A DNA stretch of 64,000 nucleotides. It comes from Bacteroidales bacterium. Lineage in GTDB: Bacteria; Bacteroidota; Bacteroidia; Bacteroidales; VadinHA17. A model generated the notes under the pieces. That model did no database searches. It was not told the origin of the DNA and saw only the letters and a list, made by a program, of their open reading frames with translations. Shown in pieces: positions 1 through 9,431 of this stretch (positions are counted from its first letter, which is position 1; every line of letters starts with the position of its first letter). The stretch is taken from positions 4,930-68,929 of the forward strand of contig JBBQJD010000002.1 of NCBI GenBank assembly GCA_038325595.1. The letters run 5' to 3'. A program made the position numbers and the translations under genes.

Positions 1-175
1 TCATCCCTTCGTCCCTCCTTCCCTTCGTCCCTTCATCCCTTCGTCCCTCCTTCCCTTCGTCCCTCCATCTCTCTTAGTCCCTTCGTCCCTTCGTCCCTTC
101 GTCCCTTTGTCCCTTCGTCCCTCCTTCCCTTCGTCCCTCCTTCTCTTCGTCCCTTCGTCCCTTCGTCCCTCCGTC
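1..175. repeat. Imperfect tandem array of the 8-bp unit CCCTTCGT (variants CCCTCCTT, CCCTTCAT, CCCTTTGT), roughly twenty units, running off the left edge and abutting the stop codon at 176
   Basis: Direct reading: cttcgtcc|cttcgtcc|cttcgtcc|ctttgtcc|cttcgtcc at 81-120. It produces the low-complexity ORF 107..523 (SLRPSFPSS...). Confidence 0.9.
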
Positions 176-1408
176 CTACCCCTCCCTTACTGCCTCGTAC
201 ATTGCAACAATGTTCTGAGGCGGAACATCCGGCATTATATTATGAACAGTTGTGAAAACAAATCCTCCGCCTTTCGAAAAAACCTCGATATTTCGTCTTA
301 CATGATCTTTCACCTGGCTGGGTGTGGCTTGATTAAGTATGCTCTGTGTGTTGCATCCGCCACCCCAGAAAGTAAGTTCTTTCCCAAATTCCTTTTTCAG
401 CCTTTCCGGTTCCATATTGACCGCATTTATCTGAACAGGATTGAGGATTTCAAAGCCGGCTTCAATAAGTTCAGGGATCAGTTCATAAATACCTCCGCAG
501 CAATGAAGCATTGTATGTGCTGATGAATTTGCCTTCACATAATCACATAAGATTTTATGCCGCGGCCTGAAAAACTCATTATAAATCTCGGGAGGCATAA
601 ATGGCCCTGTGTTGGTTCCCAGGTCATCTCCGAATTTAATTATCTCCACTATATCTCCCACTGATTCGCAAACCTTTGAAAGAAAATCCATATGCATCTC
701 CAGCAGTTTGTCGAGAAGCCTGTGTACGTTAGCCGGATCAAGATAAAGATCCATCAGGAAATTATCTATCCGCCGAAGGAAAGTACCCCATTCGAAAAGA
801 TTACAACCGACTCCAATAAGCAGGGCTTTTTCTGTTTTGGCGCGTTCTTTAATAATGGTATTTCTTAGTGTTTTCCAAAAATCCCTCTCATTTATCCTGT
901 CAAATGGCGGAAAGCCAAAACCACCCCAGGATACACTCAGCATATCATTGCTAATATTTTTATAATCAGCAGGATACCCATCAACATATGGAAATATGAC
1001 CTGATCAAAAAAAGTAGCTCCCAATGGCATTTTTCCAATGAATTCACCTGTCTTGCCTGCAACAAGCAAGCTGCCGTCAGGTTGTTTTTCAGGATTAAAC
1101 CATTTCGGATATAGCCCCGGATACCCTTTTATCAGCTCAAGATTATGCCAGTAATCAGGTGAGGAATTAAAGAATCTTCCAACATCAAGGACATCAACCC
1201 TGAACATGTCAAGCAGTTCCATTTCGGGCTGGGTGACTTCCTGGATTACATCATATACATGGTTATGCTGCTTAATTCCAAGATAACGAACCAGGTTATG
1301 CCATGCTACCACGGAGATACCCGAACTGGGTGTAGCGCCAAGATCAACCGGAACACGGTCGGGCTGTTTATGAGCAATGGCTGAAAGTATACGTTCCCTT
1401 GAAGTCAT
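176..1408 (-). CDS. Uroporphyrinogen decarboxylase (URO-D) family protein (MtaA/CmuA-like methyltransferase fold); substrate unknown
   Basis: 410-aa ORF. N-terminus SRERILSAIAHKQPDRVPVDLG and C-terminal FVFTTVHNIMPDVPPQNIVAMYEAV are typical of URO-D-family proteins. Confidence 0.7.
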   Translation of the reverse strand: MTSRERILSAIAHKQPDRVPVDLGATPSSGISVVAWHNLVRYLGIKQHNHVYDVIQEVTQPEMELLDMFRVDVLDVGRFFNSSPDYWHNLELIKGYPGLYPKWFNPEKQPDGSLLVAGKTGEFIGKMPLGATFFDQVIFPYVDGYPADYKNISNDMLSVSWGGFGFPPFDRINERDFWKTLRNTIIKERAKTEKALLIGVGCNLFEWGTFLRRIDNFLMDLYLDPANVHRLLDKLLEMHMDFLSKVCESVGDIVEIIKFGDDLGTNTGPFMPPEIYNEFFRPRHKILCDYVKANSSAHTMLHCCGGIYELIPELIEAGFEILNPVQINAVNMEPERLKKEFGKELTFWGGGCNTQSILNQATPSQVKDHVRRNIEVFSKGGGFVFTTVHNIMPDVPPQNIVAMYEAVREG

Positions 1409-1418
1409 ATCAAAGAAT

Positions 1419-3719
1419 TTATTTATCTGTCATTTGCAAAAAGATTGAAGGATCTGCAGCCCACTCTTTGTTGGGGCGTTCACCCATAATGAACTCCAGT
1501 GTTCCTCCCTCTGTAATTTCAGAATGAGTGATCCATGCCCTGTTCATCTCCTTTCCGTTCAGTTTCGCTGATTGAATGTACTTATTTCTTTTCGAGGCAT
1601 TAGCTGCTTTTACATTAAATCTTTTTCCGTCAGGAAGCTTTATCTGTACTTTTTCAAAAAATGGACTACCAATTGCGTATAGTCCATTTCCGGGAGTTAC
1701 AGGATAAAATCCCATAGCAGAAAAAACGTACCATGAACATAATGCGCCTCCGTCCTCGTCACCCACAAGTCCAAGCGGATCGTCATCAAACCACATATCC
1801 ATGATCTCACGGATCCTTCGTTGGGTTTTCCAGGACTTTCCTGCATAATTATAAAGGTAAGGTACATGGAAAGAAGGTTCATTACCTGCAGGGAACATTC
1901 CATTTAGTCCGGAAGCATCAGGAAACTGGCCCATAAACTGCCACTTTGAAATTTTAGTCGGTTCATTAAAAAGCATATCAAGACGGTTCGAGAATGATTC
2001 TTCCCCGCCCATGAGCTCAATAAGGGCTGGAATATCATGCATCACATTAAAGCTCCAGATCCATGAATTATTTTCAGCATAATACATCCTGCTGCCGGTT
2101 CCGCCGGACAGCTGTGGATCAAATGGCTCAACCCAGTTCCCGTCAGCCATCTTCGGAGACATAAAACCTGTTTCCGGATTAAAAACATTCCGGTAGTTTT
2201 GTGCCCTCTGAATAAAATATTTATAATCTTCTGTTTTTCCTGTTGCTTTTGCCAGTTGAGCAAGGCACCAGTCGTCATAGCTGTGTTCAAGTGTTACTGC
2301 AACAGACTGACGCATTTCAAAACCGTCAACCATCGGCTCGGTTTCCTTAGCACCCTCGGGAAGAGCAGGGAACCAGCCATTCTTTATGTAAAAGCTGTCA
2401 AGGGAGCACATTGGTCCCATTCTCCACGGAACCATCGTTCCACTCATTGCATTCTTTTTCAGGCCTTCATACCCCTTCTCAACATCAAAGCCAGTGCCTC
2501 CTTTCTGATAAGTATCCCACAGAAGAGCAGCTGAATGGAAGCCTATCATGGCGGGAAAATCACCATAAAACTGAGGGAATCCCGGCATCCAGCCGCTCTG
2601 GTCGTACATAGTAACATATGACTGTACCATATCAACCTGCCGGTCAGGATCAAGAATATAAAGTAAAGGATGATGACTGCGGAAAGTATCCCAAAGCCAG
2701 TCATCGACATAGAAAGGACGGCCATTGTCATCATGGACTTTCCCATCATAAGCGCTGAAGTAACGGCCATATTCGGAGATATTCACCATTCTTTCGAGTC
2801 CCCTGTACAGGGAAGTATAAAAAATCCTTTTTTGCCTTTCAGTGCCCCCGGTTACCTGAATTTTACCAAGAGCATCTTTCCATATATTATAGCTATCCTC
2901 AGAAATTTGTTCAAAATTTTTACCGGACATCTCTCTTTTCAGATTATCACTTGCCTGATTATCATCAATATATGAAATACCTATCCTGACTTCAACCGGA
3001 TTGGAAGGATCGTTGAATGTCACAAATCCTCCTGCGCCTTTTCCACTGATCTCATTCTTACCTTTGAAGACCTGACTATCTGAAAAGGTACCGCTGATAT
3101 CAAATGGCCTTGAGAATTCAGCATGAAAATATTGCCGGGTATTTTTTACTTCCTCCCACCCGCTTATTGAATTTTCATTTATTACAAATGAAGATAATCC
3201 ACCGGAACGGAATATTATATTGGCAGGTTCATCTTCCTGGAAAACAAACCGGTAGACAACTGCTCTTTCGGTAGTGGTCCAGTCTGCAATAATATTACTT
3301 TCTTCGAGTAATACCCTGTGATGCCAGGGATGCACCTCCTCGAGATCATGATCATAATCGGAAGCATTTGTTTCCAGATCAACTGATAATTCTCCTTTTG
3401 CAGCCATTAATTCGGTTACATGGCCATTTCTGTATGCAGGCATGTTAACTGCAAAACCATAGATCTTGTCTGAAAGGTATCGATCACCAAGTCGGGGCTT
3501 CGTAACCGGAAACACCCTGACCATGCTGTGTGGCCTATGTACCGTAGGGGTCTTTGTAGTAAGCAGCGGGGCAACCCCACCGATATTCGGATCAACATAC
3601 CGGGTGACATCTGCATTATTGCAGGAAGTAAAAATAATCAGAATAAAAGGAAATAATTTCTTTGAAATGAGCATAATGAGTTCAATTATAAATATATATG
3701 CAAAATCCTTTAAACACAA
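1419..3719 (-). CDS. GH92 family alpha-mannosidase, lipoprotein; true start probably Met at 3674 (MLISKKLFPFILIIFTSC)
   Basis: 766 aa. GH92-like blocks YYAENNSWIWSFNVMHD and GDEDGGALCSWYVFSAMGFYPVTPG, plus a signal peptide with lipobox Cys. Confidence 0.85.
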   Translation of the reverse strand: MCLKDFAYIFIIELIMLISKKLFPFILIIFTSCNNADVTRYVDPNIGGVAPLLTTKTPTVHRPHSMVRVFPVTKPRLGDRYLSDKIYGFAVNMPAYRNGHVTELMAAKGELSVDLETNASDYDHDLEEVHPWHHRVLLEESNIIADWTTTERAVVYRFVFQEDEPANIIFRSGGLSSFVINENSISGWEEVKNTRQYFHAEFSRPFDISGTFSDSQVFKGKNEISGKGAGGFVTFNDPSNPVEVRIGISYIDDNQASDNLKREMSGKNFEQISEDSYNIWKDALGKIQVTGGTERQKRIFYTSLYRGLERMVNISEYGRYFSAYDGKVHDDNGRPFYVDDWLWDTFRSHHPLLYILDPDRQVDMVQSYVTMYDQSGWMPGFPQFYGDFPAMIGFHSAALLWDTYQKGGTGFDVEKGYEGLKKNAMSGTMVPWRMGPMCSLDSFYIKNGWFPALPEGAKETEPMVDGFEMRQSVAVTLEHSYDDWCLAQLAKATGKTEDYKYFIQRAQNYRNVFNPETGFMSPKMADGNWVEPFDPQLSGGTGSRMYYAENNSWIWSFNVMHDIPALIELMGGEESFSNRLDMLFNEPTKISKWQFMGQFPDASGLNGMFPAGNEPSFHVPYLYNYAGKSWKTQRRIREIMDMWFDDDPLGLVGDEDGGALCSWYVFSAMGFYPVTPGNGLYAIGSPFFEKVQIKLPDGKRFNVKAANASKRNKYIQSAKLNGKEMNRAWITHSEITEGGTLEFIMGERPNKEWAADPSIFLQMTDK

Positions 3720-3757
3720 AACACAAATCTTTGCCTCCTCTGTGGTTATGGATTCTT

Positions 3758-6700
3758 TTAAAACTCCACTTCAATAAACCTGACTTCAAAAGGGCGCAGA
3801 TTCACCGACGTCAGGGCATCTCCAATCTGTTTTCCCGCTGCATTAACTTCAATGAGCCTGCTTATTGATTTTCCCGGAACGGCAGAGCTGAGTTTCACTT
3901 CAGCATCCTTGCCTTCCAACTCCCTGAAATGCAGCAGAATTGTTCCTTTCTCCTTGAATGCAGGCCTGCTGTTTATAAGCATTGCATTAGGAGGTCCTGA
4001 GATCCTGAGGGTCTCCATTGAGGTCGATTTCAGTTCATTTACACCTGCAGGAAATGTTCGTGTCGGAAAAGTATTTCGCTGGTTCCATGCATACTTTGTA
4101 GCAACAGTATTTGTAGTGTCGGCTGTGGATGTCAGCTGATAGCTCCAGCTGAAACCACCCTCCTGGTAAGCCCTGAAATTGGTAAACCAGTAATTATTCA
4201 TTACCCAGGAGTAGAGAGTTGTTTTTCCCGGCTTCGGGTTCCTTTCAAACTTACCCATGTTGAAATCACTGAATTGCCAGAGAGGAACCTCATTGCTTAC
4301 AACAATTATCTGTCCTTTTTTACCACGTATTGAAACAAAATTCTGAGCAACATTCCAGTCCGAAGATGATCCTGGCAGCTGTTCACCCTGGCTGAGGATC
4401 CCTCCAATAGTTTCAAACACAATTCTCGAATCCGGAAGTTTAAACGGAAAAGCAACATAGAGTCCTTCAGGATCTGTATTTATCAGTTTATGAGCCATAT
4501 ACCTGAACTCAATCTTTTTTACATTTTTGAACAGGCGGATCTCCATCTCAATACCTTTTGGCGAACCTTCAGTACCTGCTTCGAATCCTTTCAAATCTGA
4601 TACAATCTTTATGCTTTCCCAGACGTTCCCATTAGCGCCTTTTTCGATTTTAACATTCGATATAGTTTCATATCTGAAAGGAGCCACATCTCTTTTTTCG
4701 GATGTTTCCCTGACTGCTTGTCCGATGTTGTAGGGATTCTGACTGTCAATAAGCTCTTCTTTCAACTCCTTGTCATACAAACTGTTAACAGCACCAGTTG
4801 TTTTATTTATTGTTATTTTATAGAAATTATTTTCAAGAATTTCTGTATTGGTTCCGGCTTGTTCTGGTACAGCTTGTTCATCCTTTTCGATCTTCAGCGC
4901 CTTGTATCCCATAGCAGGTATGTCGCTCACTTCAAGTACCCAGTAAGCCCCTTCGGAACGCTTTGTCACTACCTGGGCAGGTACTTCTTTCCCGGTGGTA
5001 AGATCAATAACCCTGGCTTTGGTATTCACAGGCAATACCTCATAGTCTATAAATAAATTGATGTGACCTGAACGGTTCCATCCAAGTGAATTTATAACAT
5101 AGATCACAGGAAAATCGGCTTTTTTGAGAAACTCCTGAAAACGTGCCAGCGCCTCTTCATTTATAAGGGTTACTTTTTTCAGAGCTTCCCAGGCATATGC
5201 ACCTTTCTGGAGCCACTGTTTTGTAGAGTTTTCTGAATACGGATGACTGACACTTTCATCAGCTCCGCAGGTATGTTCATCGAAGAAAATAATATTCTCA
5301 CTGATATGATCAAGTTTTTCTTCAAGCGTAGGGCTAAGCTCTCCGCCCATCATTGAAACCATTGCAAAAAGTCCTTCGTCCACCTGTTTAAGATTCTTTG
5401 CCTTTCTGGATTCTGCAGTCTCCCGTGAAGTTGAACCATAACCATCGGTCCACCAGTCAAGCCAGGCATTCCGGTAAACAGGCAGCTTATCTGCATGATT
5501 CTTTTCAATATATTCGGGAAATTCGCTGATTGTTGCAAGCCTCAGCTTTGGTGATTCATACTTTTCGTTCCATTGTTTTACAAGCTCACATGCAGCTGTC
5601 GAGGGTGGTGCATTATCAGTAAAATACCCTGAAAACTGGATACCAATACGATCGAACGGGTAACCTCTGCTTTCCAGGTCTCCGACATGCCACAACATAT
5701 TTTCTGCCTTGATAGCTTTTGTTTCCATTCCGAAGAAATTGCCTGTCATGTAATGGTCTGCCCGATATGCCAGCAGCCTTGCTCCCGATGGGGATTCCCA
5801 CCAGAAACTTGTAGGCTTGTCGAACGGAAGTATCGATCTTGTCTGGTTGCTTCCCATTATCAGATACTTAACCCCTGTGTTCCTGAAATAATCGGGCATG
5901 CACCATGCTATTCCGTTAACATCATTCTGCAATGCAGTTTTATAAGGAATTTTGAGTTTATTGAATTCTTTCAGTGGCTGAAGGAAGTCATACATAACGT
6001 TTTCATCCGCAATCTCTGCCATATTCGCGTACATTCCTGTTACTTCAATCCTGCCTTCTGCAATTCTCTTCATGAATCTTTCAATCTGTACTGCAGGCCT
6101 GGAACGCAGGTATTCCCTTGTTACCCATGATGATTCACATGTCCATCTGAATTTTGCGTCATCCGGTAAACCGTCTGTCTGATCACAATAATCAAGTGCA
6201 TAATCAATATAACGCATATGCTCGGCAAGAATCTCGGATTGCGGACGTGTATATCCGATATCCGTATGTGAATGTTGAACAAGAAATATCTCCCATGTTT
6301 TGGCAGGAAGTATGGTAAAAGGATATGATCTGGACACACCTTTGTCTGTTTTAGCTGTAAAGGAGACTTTTCGTGCCTTTGTAACTGCTGGTACTGTCAG
6401 CAGGAATCTGTTCATGCCCTTCTGAAGATCGGCAGCGAGAACTTCTTTCCCATTCTTTGTGAGCACTATTTTTCCTGTAGTGTCGGAATTATAGCTGGCA
6501 ACAACCTGCTGAAAGGATTTCTTACCCTCCTTAAAACGTACCGGGGTGTTTAAAAATACAACAGAAGCAGTATCCTTTTTCCGGGAATTAAGCTGCAATA
6601 CATTCCTTTTTGCATTTTCGAGCAGGATCTGAGTCAGGTTTTCAGCTGCCTTCCTGTTCATAAAGCTCTCATTCAGAACATCATGATCAATATACTCATT

Positions 6701-7375
6701 GTAGATCCATGGATCCCCGATTGCAAAGACATATCCCTCCCCATACTTGTTTTCGGCTATCAGAACCTTCCCATCTTCCGTAAGGATGGCTTTTGCACTT
6801 CCTGACAAATTAATATCTGAAACTTCTTTAATATAAATTTTTGATACACCTTTAAATAATGGATGATCAGGTAAATTTTTGCTTGCACCCATTTCAAAAT
6901 CATGTCCGGGAACGGGATGTAATGTTACATGGTTGAAGGTCATTCCAAACTCTGATGACATCCTGTTCAGGTGAGTGAACTCACAGTTTGGGGCATCATT
7001 GGTCAGTATTGCCAGGACACCTCCTTTTTTCACCCAATCTTTTATGGCTTTGATGTCATCAGGTGTGAAATAATTCGGTGATGGATTTTCGGTTGTTGTA
7101 TCGGGATCAACAATGATATAGACATCAATTTTATTTAAAGCCGCAGGTTCAGGTTTTTCAACAGTAGTAAGGGTTGCCCCTTTCGATTTGAATATCTCAC
7201 CCCAGCGGCTATAGCCACTGAATTCAGTGTCTGTCCAGAGATAATGAAATGGTTTCCCGGTGTTTGCTCTTTTCTCTTTGTTGAACCAGGTATCGAGTCC
7301 TATAACAGGCTGGGCAACTGTATTCTGCAGAAATAAAATCAGAACAAGAATTGTTATAAATGTATGTTTTTTCAT
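3758..7375 (-). CDS. GH38 family alpha-mannosidase with an extra ~260-aa N-terminal domain
   Basis: 1205 aa with a signal peptide. FLVQHSHTDIGYTRPQ matches the GH38 N-terminal HSHxDxGW/Y metal-binding block. The protein length is typical of Bacteroidota GH38 enzymes. Confidence 0.7.
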   Translation of the reverse strand: MKKHTFITILVLILFLQNTVAQPVIGLDTWFNKEKRANTGKPFHYLWTDTEFSGYSRWGEIFKSKGATLTTVEKPEPAALNKIDVYIIVDPDTTTENPSPNYFTPDDIKAIKDWVKKGGVLAILTNDAPNCEFTHLNRMSSEFGMTFNHVTLHPVPGHDFEMGASKNLPDHPLFKGVSKIYIKEVSDINLSGSAKAILTEDGKVLIAENKYGEGYVFAIGDPWIYNEYIDHDVLNESFMNRKAAENLTQILLENAKRNVLQLNSRKKDTASVVFLNTPVRFKEGKKSFQQVVASYNSDTTGKIVLTKNGKEVLAADLQKGMNRFLLTVPAVTKARKVSFTAKTDKGVSRSYPFTILPAKTWEIFLVQHSHTDIGYTRPQSEILAEHMRYIDYALDYCDQTDGLPDDAKFRWTCESSWVTREYLRSRPAVQIERFMKRIAEGRIEVTGMYANMAEIADENVMYDFLQPLKEFNKLKIPYKTALQNDVNGIAWCMPDYFRNTGVKYLIMGSNQTRSILPFDKPTSFWWESPSGARLLAYRADHYMTGNFFGMETKAIKAENMLWHVGDLESRGYPFDRIGIQFSGYFTDNAPPSTAACELVKQWNEKYESPKLRLATISEFPEYIEKNHADKLPVYRNAWLDWWTDGYGSTSRETAESRKAKNLKQVDEGLFAMVSMMGGELSPTLEEKLDHISENIIFFDEHTCGADESVSHPYSENSTKQWLQKGAYAWEALKKVTLINEEALARFQEFLKKADFPVIYVINSLGWNRSGHINLFIDYEVLPVNTKARVIDLTTGKEVPAQVVTKRSEGAYWVLEVSDIPAMGYKALKIEKDEQAVPEQAGTNTEILENNFYKITINKTTGAVNSLYDKELKEELIDSQNPYNIGQAVRETSEKRDVAPFRYETISNVKIEKGANGNVWESIKIVSDLKGFEAGTEGSPKGIEMEIRLFKNVKKIEFRYMAHKLINTDPEGLYVAFPFKLPDSRIVFETIGGILSQGEQLPGSSSDWNVAQNFVSIRGKKGQIIVVSNEVPLWQFSDFNMGKFERNPKPGKTTLYSWVMNNYWFTNFRAYQEGGFSWSYQLTSTADTTNTVATKYAWNQRNTFPTRTFPAGVNELKSTSMETLRISGPPNAMLINSRPAFKEKGTILLHFRELEGKDAEVKLSSAVPGKSISRLIEVNAAGKQIGDALTSVNLRPFEVRFIEVEF

Positions 7376-7560
7376 GGAGTCTGGCTTCTACGGTTTTTAA
7401 GGAATAGTTAATTCAAAAATAGAAAACTTAATTGTAATTCGGGACTCTACATGTCCCGATTCTCTTACTTGGATAAGATCCAGGTGTCTTTGACTCCAAA
7501 TTTGTCCATCTCTCCAGCACAATCATGAATCACGAATTTGCTATTATTACGAATTAAAAG

Positions 7561-7640
7561 CCCCTCTCACCCCGGGAGAGGGGTTGGGGAGAGGTGGCCT
7601 AGATTACACCCCGGGAGAGGGGTTGGGGAGAGGTGGCCTA
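7561..7640. repeat. Two direct copies (7568-7601, 7607-7640) of the 34-bp unit CACCCCGGGAGAGGGGTTGGGGAGAGGTGGCCTA. The first copy forms a CCCCTCTC/GAGAGGGG hairpin.
   Basis: Exact duplication read directly. A third related copy lies at 33497-33537. Confidence 0.9.
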
Positions 7641-7750
7641 TACAAAAGACCGAAGATCCAAAAAAAGTGGAATTTACCACACCCTTGTTATTAACTAACT
7701 TTTTGTTATTTTAGACCCTTCAAGTTCATTTTAATTAACTAATTGACACA

Positions 7751-9106
7751 ATGAAGAATCTGCTTTTCACTCTCACCCTGATGCTACTTGCCATAAGCTC
7801 ATGCAAAACAGATGACGGCCAATGGGAAAATCTCATAAGGAAAGATCTGGGCAACTGGCAACAGCTTAATGGTTCCGCTCTTTTTGAAATTGAAGATGGC
7901 ACAATTACCGGCACAACTGTTGCCAATTCACCCAATTCGTTTCTCTGTACAAAAGCAAATTATGGAGATTTTATTCTCGAATTCGATACCTGGTTTGATC
8001 CGCAAATGAACTCAGGTGTCCAGTTCAGAAGTGAAAGCAAGCCCGATTATCAGAATGGCAGGGTACATGGCTACCAGGTGGAACTCGATCCTTCGGAAAG
8101 GGCATGGTCAGGAGGTATCTATGATGAAGCACGCAGAGGCTGGTTGTATCCCCTTGATAAAAATCCGGAAGGTCAGAAAGCCCTCAAGGTTGGCGATTGG
8201 AATCATTACAGGATTGAAGCAATAGGAAGTTCAATAAGAACCTGGATCAACGGAATTCCCTGTGCTGACCTGGTTGATGATATGACTCCTTCAGGCTTCA
8301 TCGCACTGCAGGTCCATTCAATTGGAGATGATTCCACAAAAACCGGATTGCAGGTAAAGTGGAAAAATATAAAAATTATCACCGAAAACCTGGATCAGTA
8401 CCGCGCAGCTTATACACCTGTAATTCATCAATACAGCTATCTGAACAATGAACTTACATCAAGAGAAACAGAAGAGGGATGGAAACTGCTGTGGGATGGT
8501 AAAACCACGGAAGGATGGCGCGGGGCAAAAATGACAACTTTTCCGGAAGGAGGATGGGCAATAAAAGATGGTGTTCTTTCAACATTCGAATCAGGAGGTG
8601 GAGAATCTGTTGGTGCGGGAGATATTGTGACAGTACAGAAGTATAAGGACTTCGAATTGATCGTGGACTTTAATTACACTCCCGGGGCAAACAGCGGAAT
8701 CAAATATTTTGTCAACACTGATCTGAACAAAGGAGAAGGCTCTTCAATCGGATGTGAATATCAGATCCTCGATGATAAGCTTCATCCTGATGCTAATGCA
8801 GGAATTTCAGGAACACATACACTGGCAGCACTTTATGATCTGATTCCTCCCCAACCTAAGCGCGATAACGGACCTGATCAGTGGAACAGGGCTACAATAA
8901 TCGTTAAAGGAAACCATGTTGAGCATTGGCTGAATGGTCAGAAAACAGTTGAATATGAGAGAGGCAATGATGCCTGGAGAGCCCTGGTGGCAAAAAGCAA
9001 ATACAAGGTATGGCCGAATTTCGGAGAAGCTGAAGAAGGACATATTCTATTACAGGAACATGGGAATATGGTGCATTTTAAGAATATAAAGATTAAGGAG
9101 ATGTAG
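7751..9106 (+). CDS. Lipoprotein with two DUF1080 (3-keto-disaccharide hydrolase-like, concanavalin-type) domains
   Basis: 451 aa with lipobox LLAISSC. Repeated DUF1080 signatures: W..L.G...F...DG.I.G, NSG(V/I)(Q/K)F, H(Y/V)..W(I/L)NG, and F(K)NIKI at both domain ends. Confidence 0.8.
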   Translation: MKNLLFTLTLMLLAISSCKTDDGQWENLIRKDLGNWQQLNGSALFEIEDGTITGTTVANSPNSFLCTKANYGDFILEFDTWFDPQMNSGVQFRSESKPDYQNGRVHGYQVELDPSERAWSGGIYDEARRGWLYPLDKNPEGQKALKVGDWNHYRIEAIGSSIRTWINGIPCADLVDDMTPSGFIALQVHSIGDDSTKTGLQVKWKNIKIITENLDQYRAAYTPVIHQYSYLNNELTSRETEEGWKLLWDGKTTEGWRGAKMTTFPEGGWAIKDGVLSTFESGGGESVGAGDIVTVQKYKDFELIVDFNYTPGANSGIKYFVNTDLNKGEGSSIGCEYQILDDKLHPDANAGISGTHTLAALYDLIPPQPKRDNGPDQWNRATIIVKGNHVEHWLNGQKTVEYERGNDAWRALVAKSKYKVWPNFGEAEEGHILLQEHGNMVHFKNIKIKEM

Positions 9107-9154
9107 TTGAAGAGTTGAAGAGTTGAAGAGTTGAAGAGTTGAAAAGTTGAAGAG
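9107..9154. repeat. Tandem array (TTGAAGAG)x6, one unit being TTGAAAAG, starting 1 nt after the stop codon of the upstream gene
   Basis: The 8-bp period was verified base by base. Confidence 0.95.
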
Positions 9155-9335
9155 ATCTTGGAACTTCATATATTTGCATCTTTTAAACCCCCTTTCCCGT
9201 TTCCCCCAGGGGCAAGCTAAGAGCATTGTGAAAGATTGATAAGATGCCCTCCTTCCCCGCTTGCCTTGCTCCGCCGAAGCAACAACCATCATTACCATAA
9301 AACTATAAGAAGGCTACGCGAAGGCGAGGGGGGAA

Positions 9336-9359
9336 CTCTTCAACCCTTCAACTCTTAAA
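9336..9359. repeat. Array CTCTTCAA|CCCTTCAA|CTCTTAAA, the reverse complement of the 9107-9154 unit
   Basis: Direct reading. Together with 9107-9154 it brackets a 181-bp ORF-poor core. Confidence 0.9.
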
Positions 9360-9431
9360 CTATTTAAACCTCAATGAACCGATTTACCTCATTATTGTTA
9401 GACATATAATAATTGCTAAAACGACTTAAAA

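Noticed and set aside
107-523. 138-aa plus-strand ORF (MSLRPSFPSSLLLFVPSSLRPS...)
   Set aside because: Its N-terminal part is just the translation of the CCCTTCGT tandem array. The rest is antisense to the well-supported URO-D-family gene, so it is a shadow ORF.
9050-9298. 82-aa minus-strand ORF spanning the TTGAAGAG array and the GC-rich core
   Set aside because: It overlaps the 3' end of the DUF1080 gene and translates the repeat ([13 protein letters not shown]). It is a compositional artefact.
9107-9359. Invertible promoter (phase-variable shufflon) bounded by inverted repeats
   Set aside because: No site-specific recombinase or invertase gene is nearby. The inverted repeats are degenerate tandem arrays rather than a defined recombination site, and no TAnnTTTG promoter box was seen inside.
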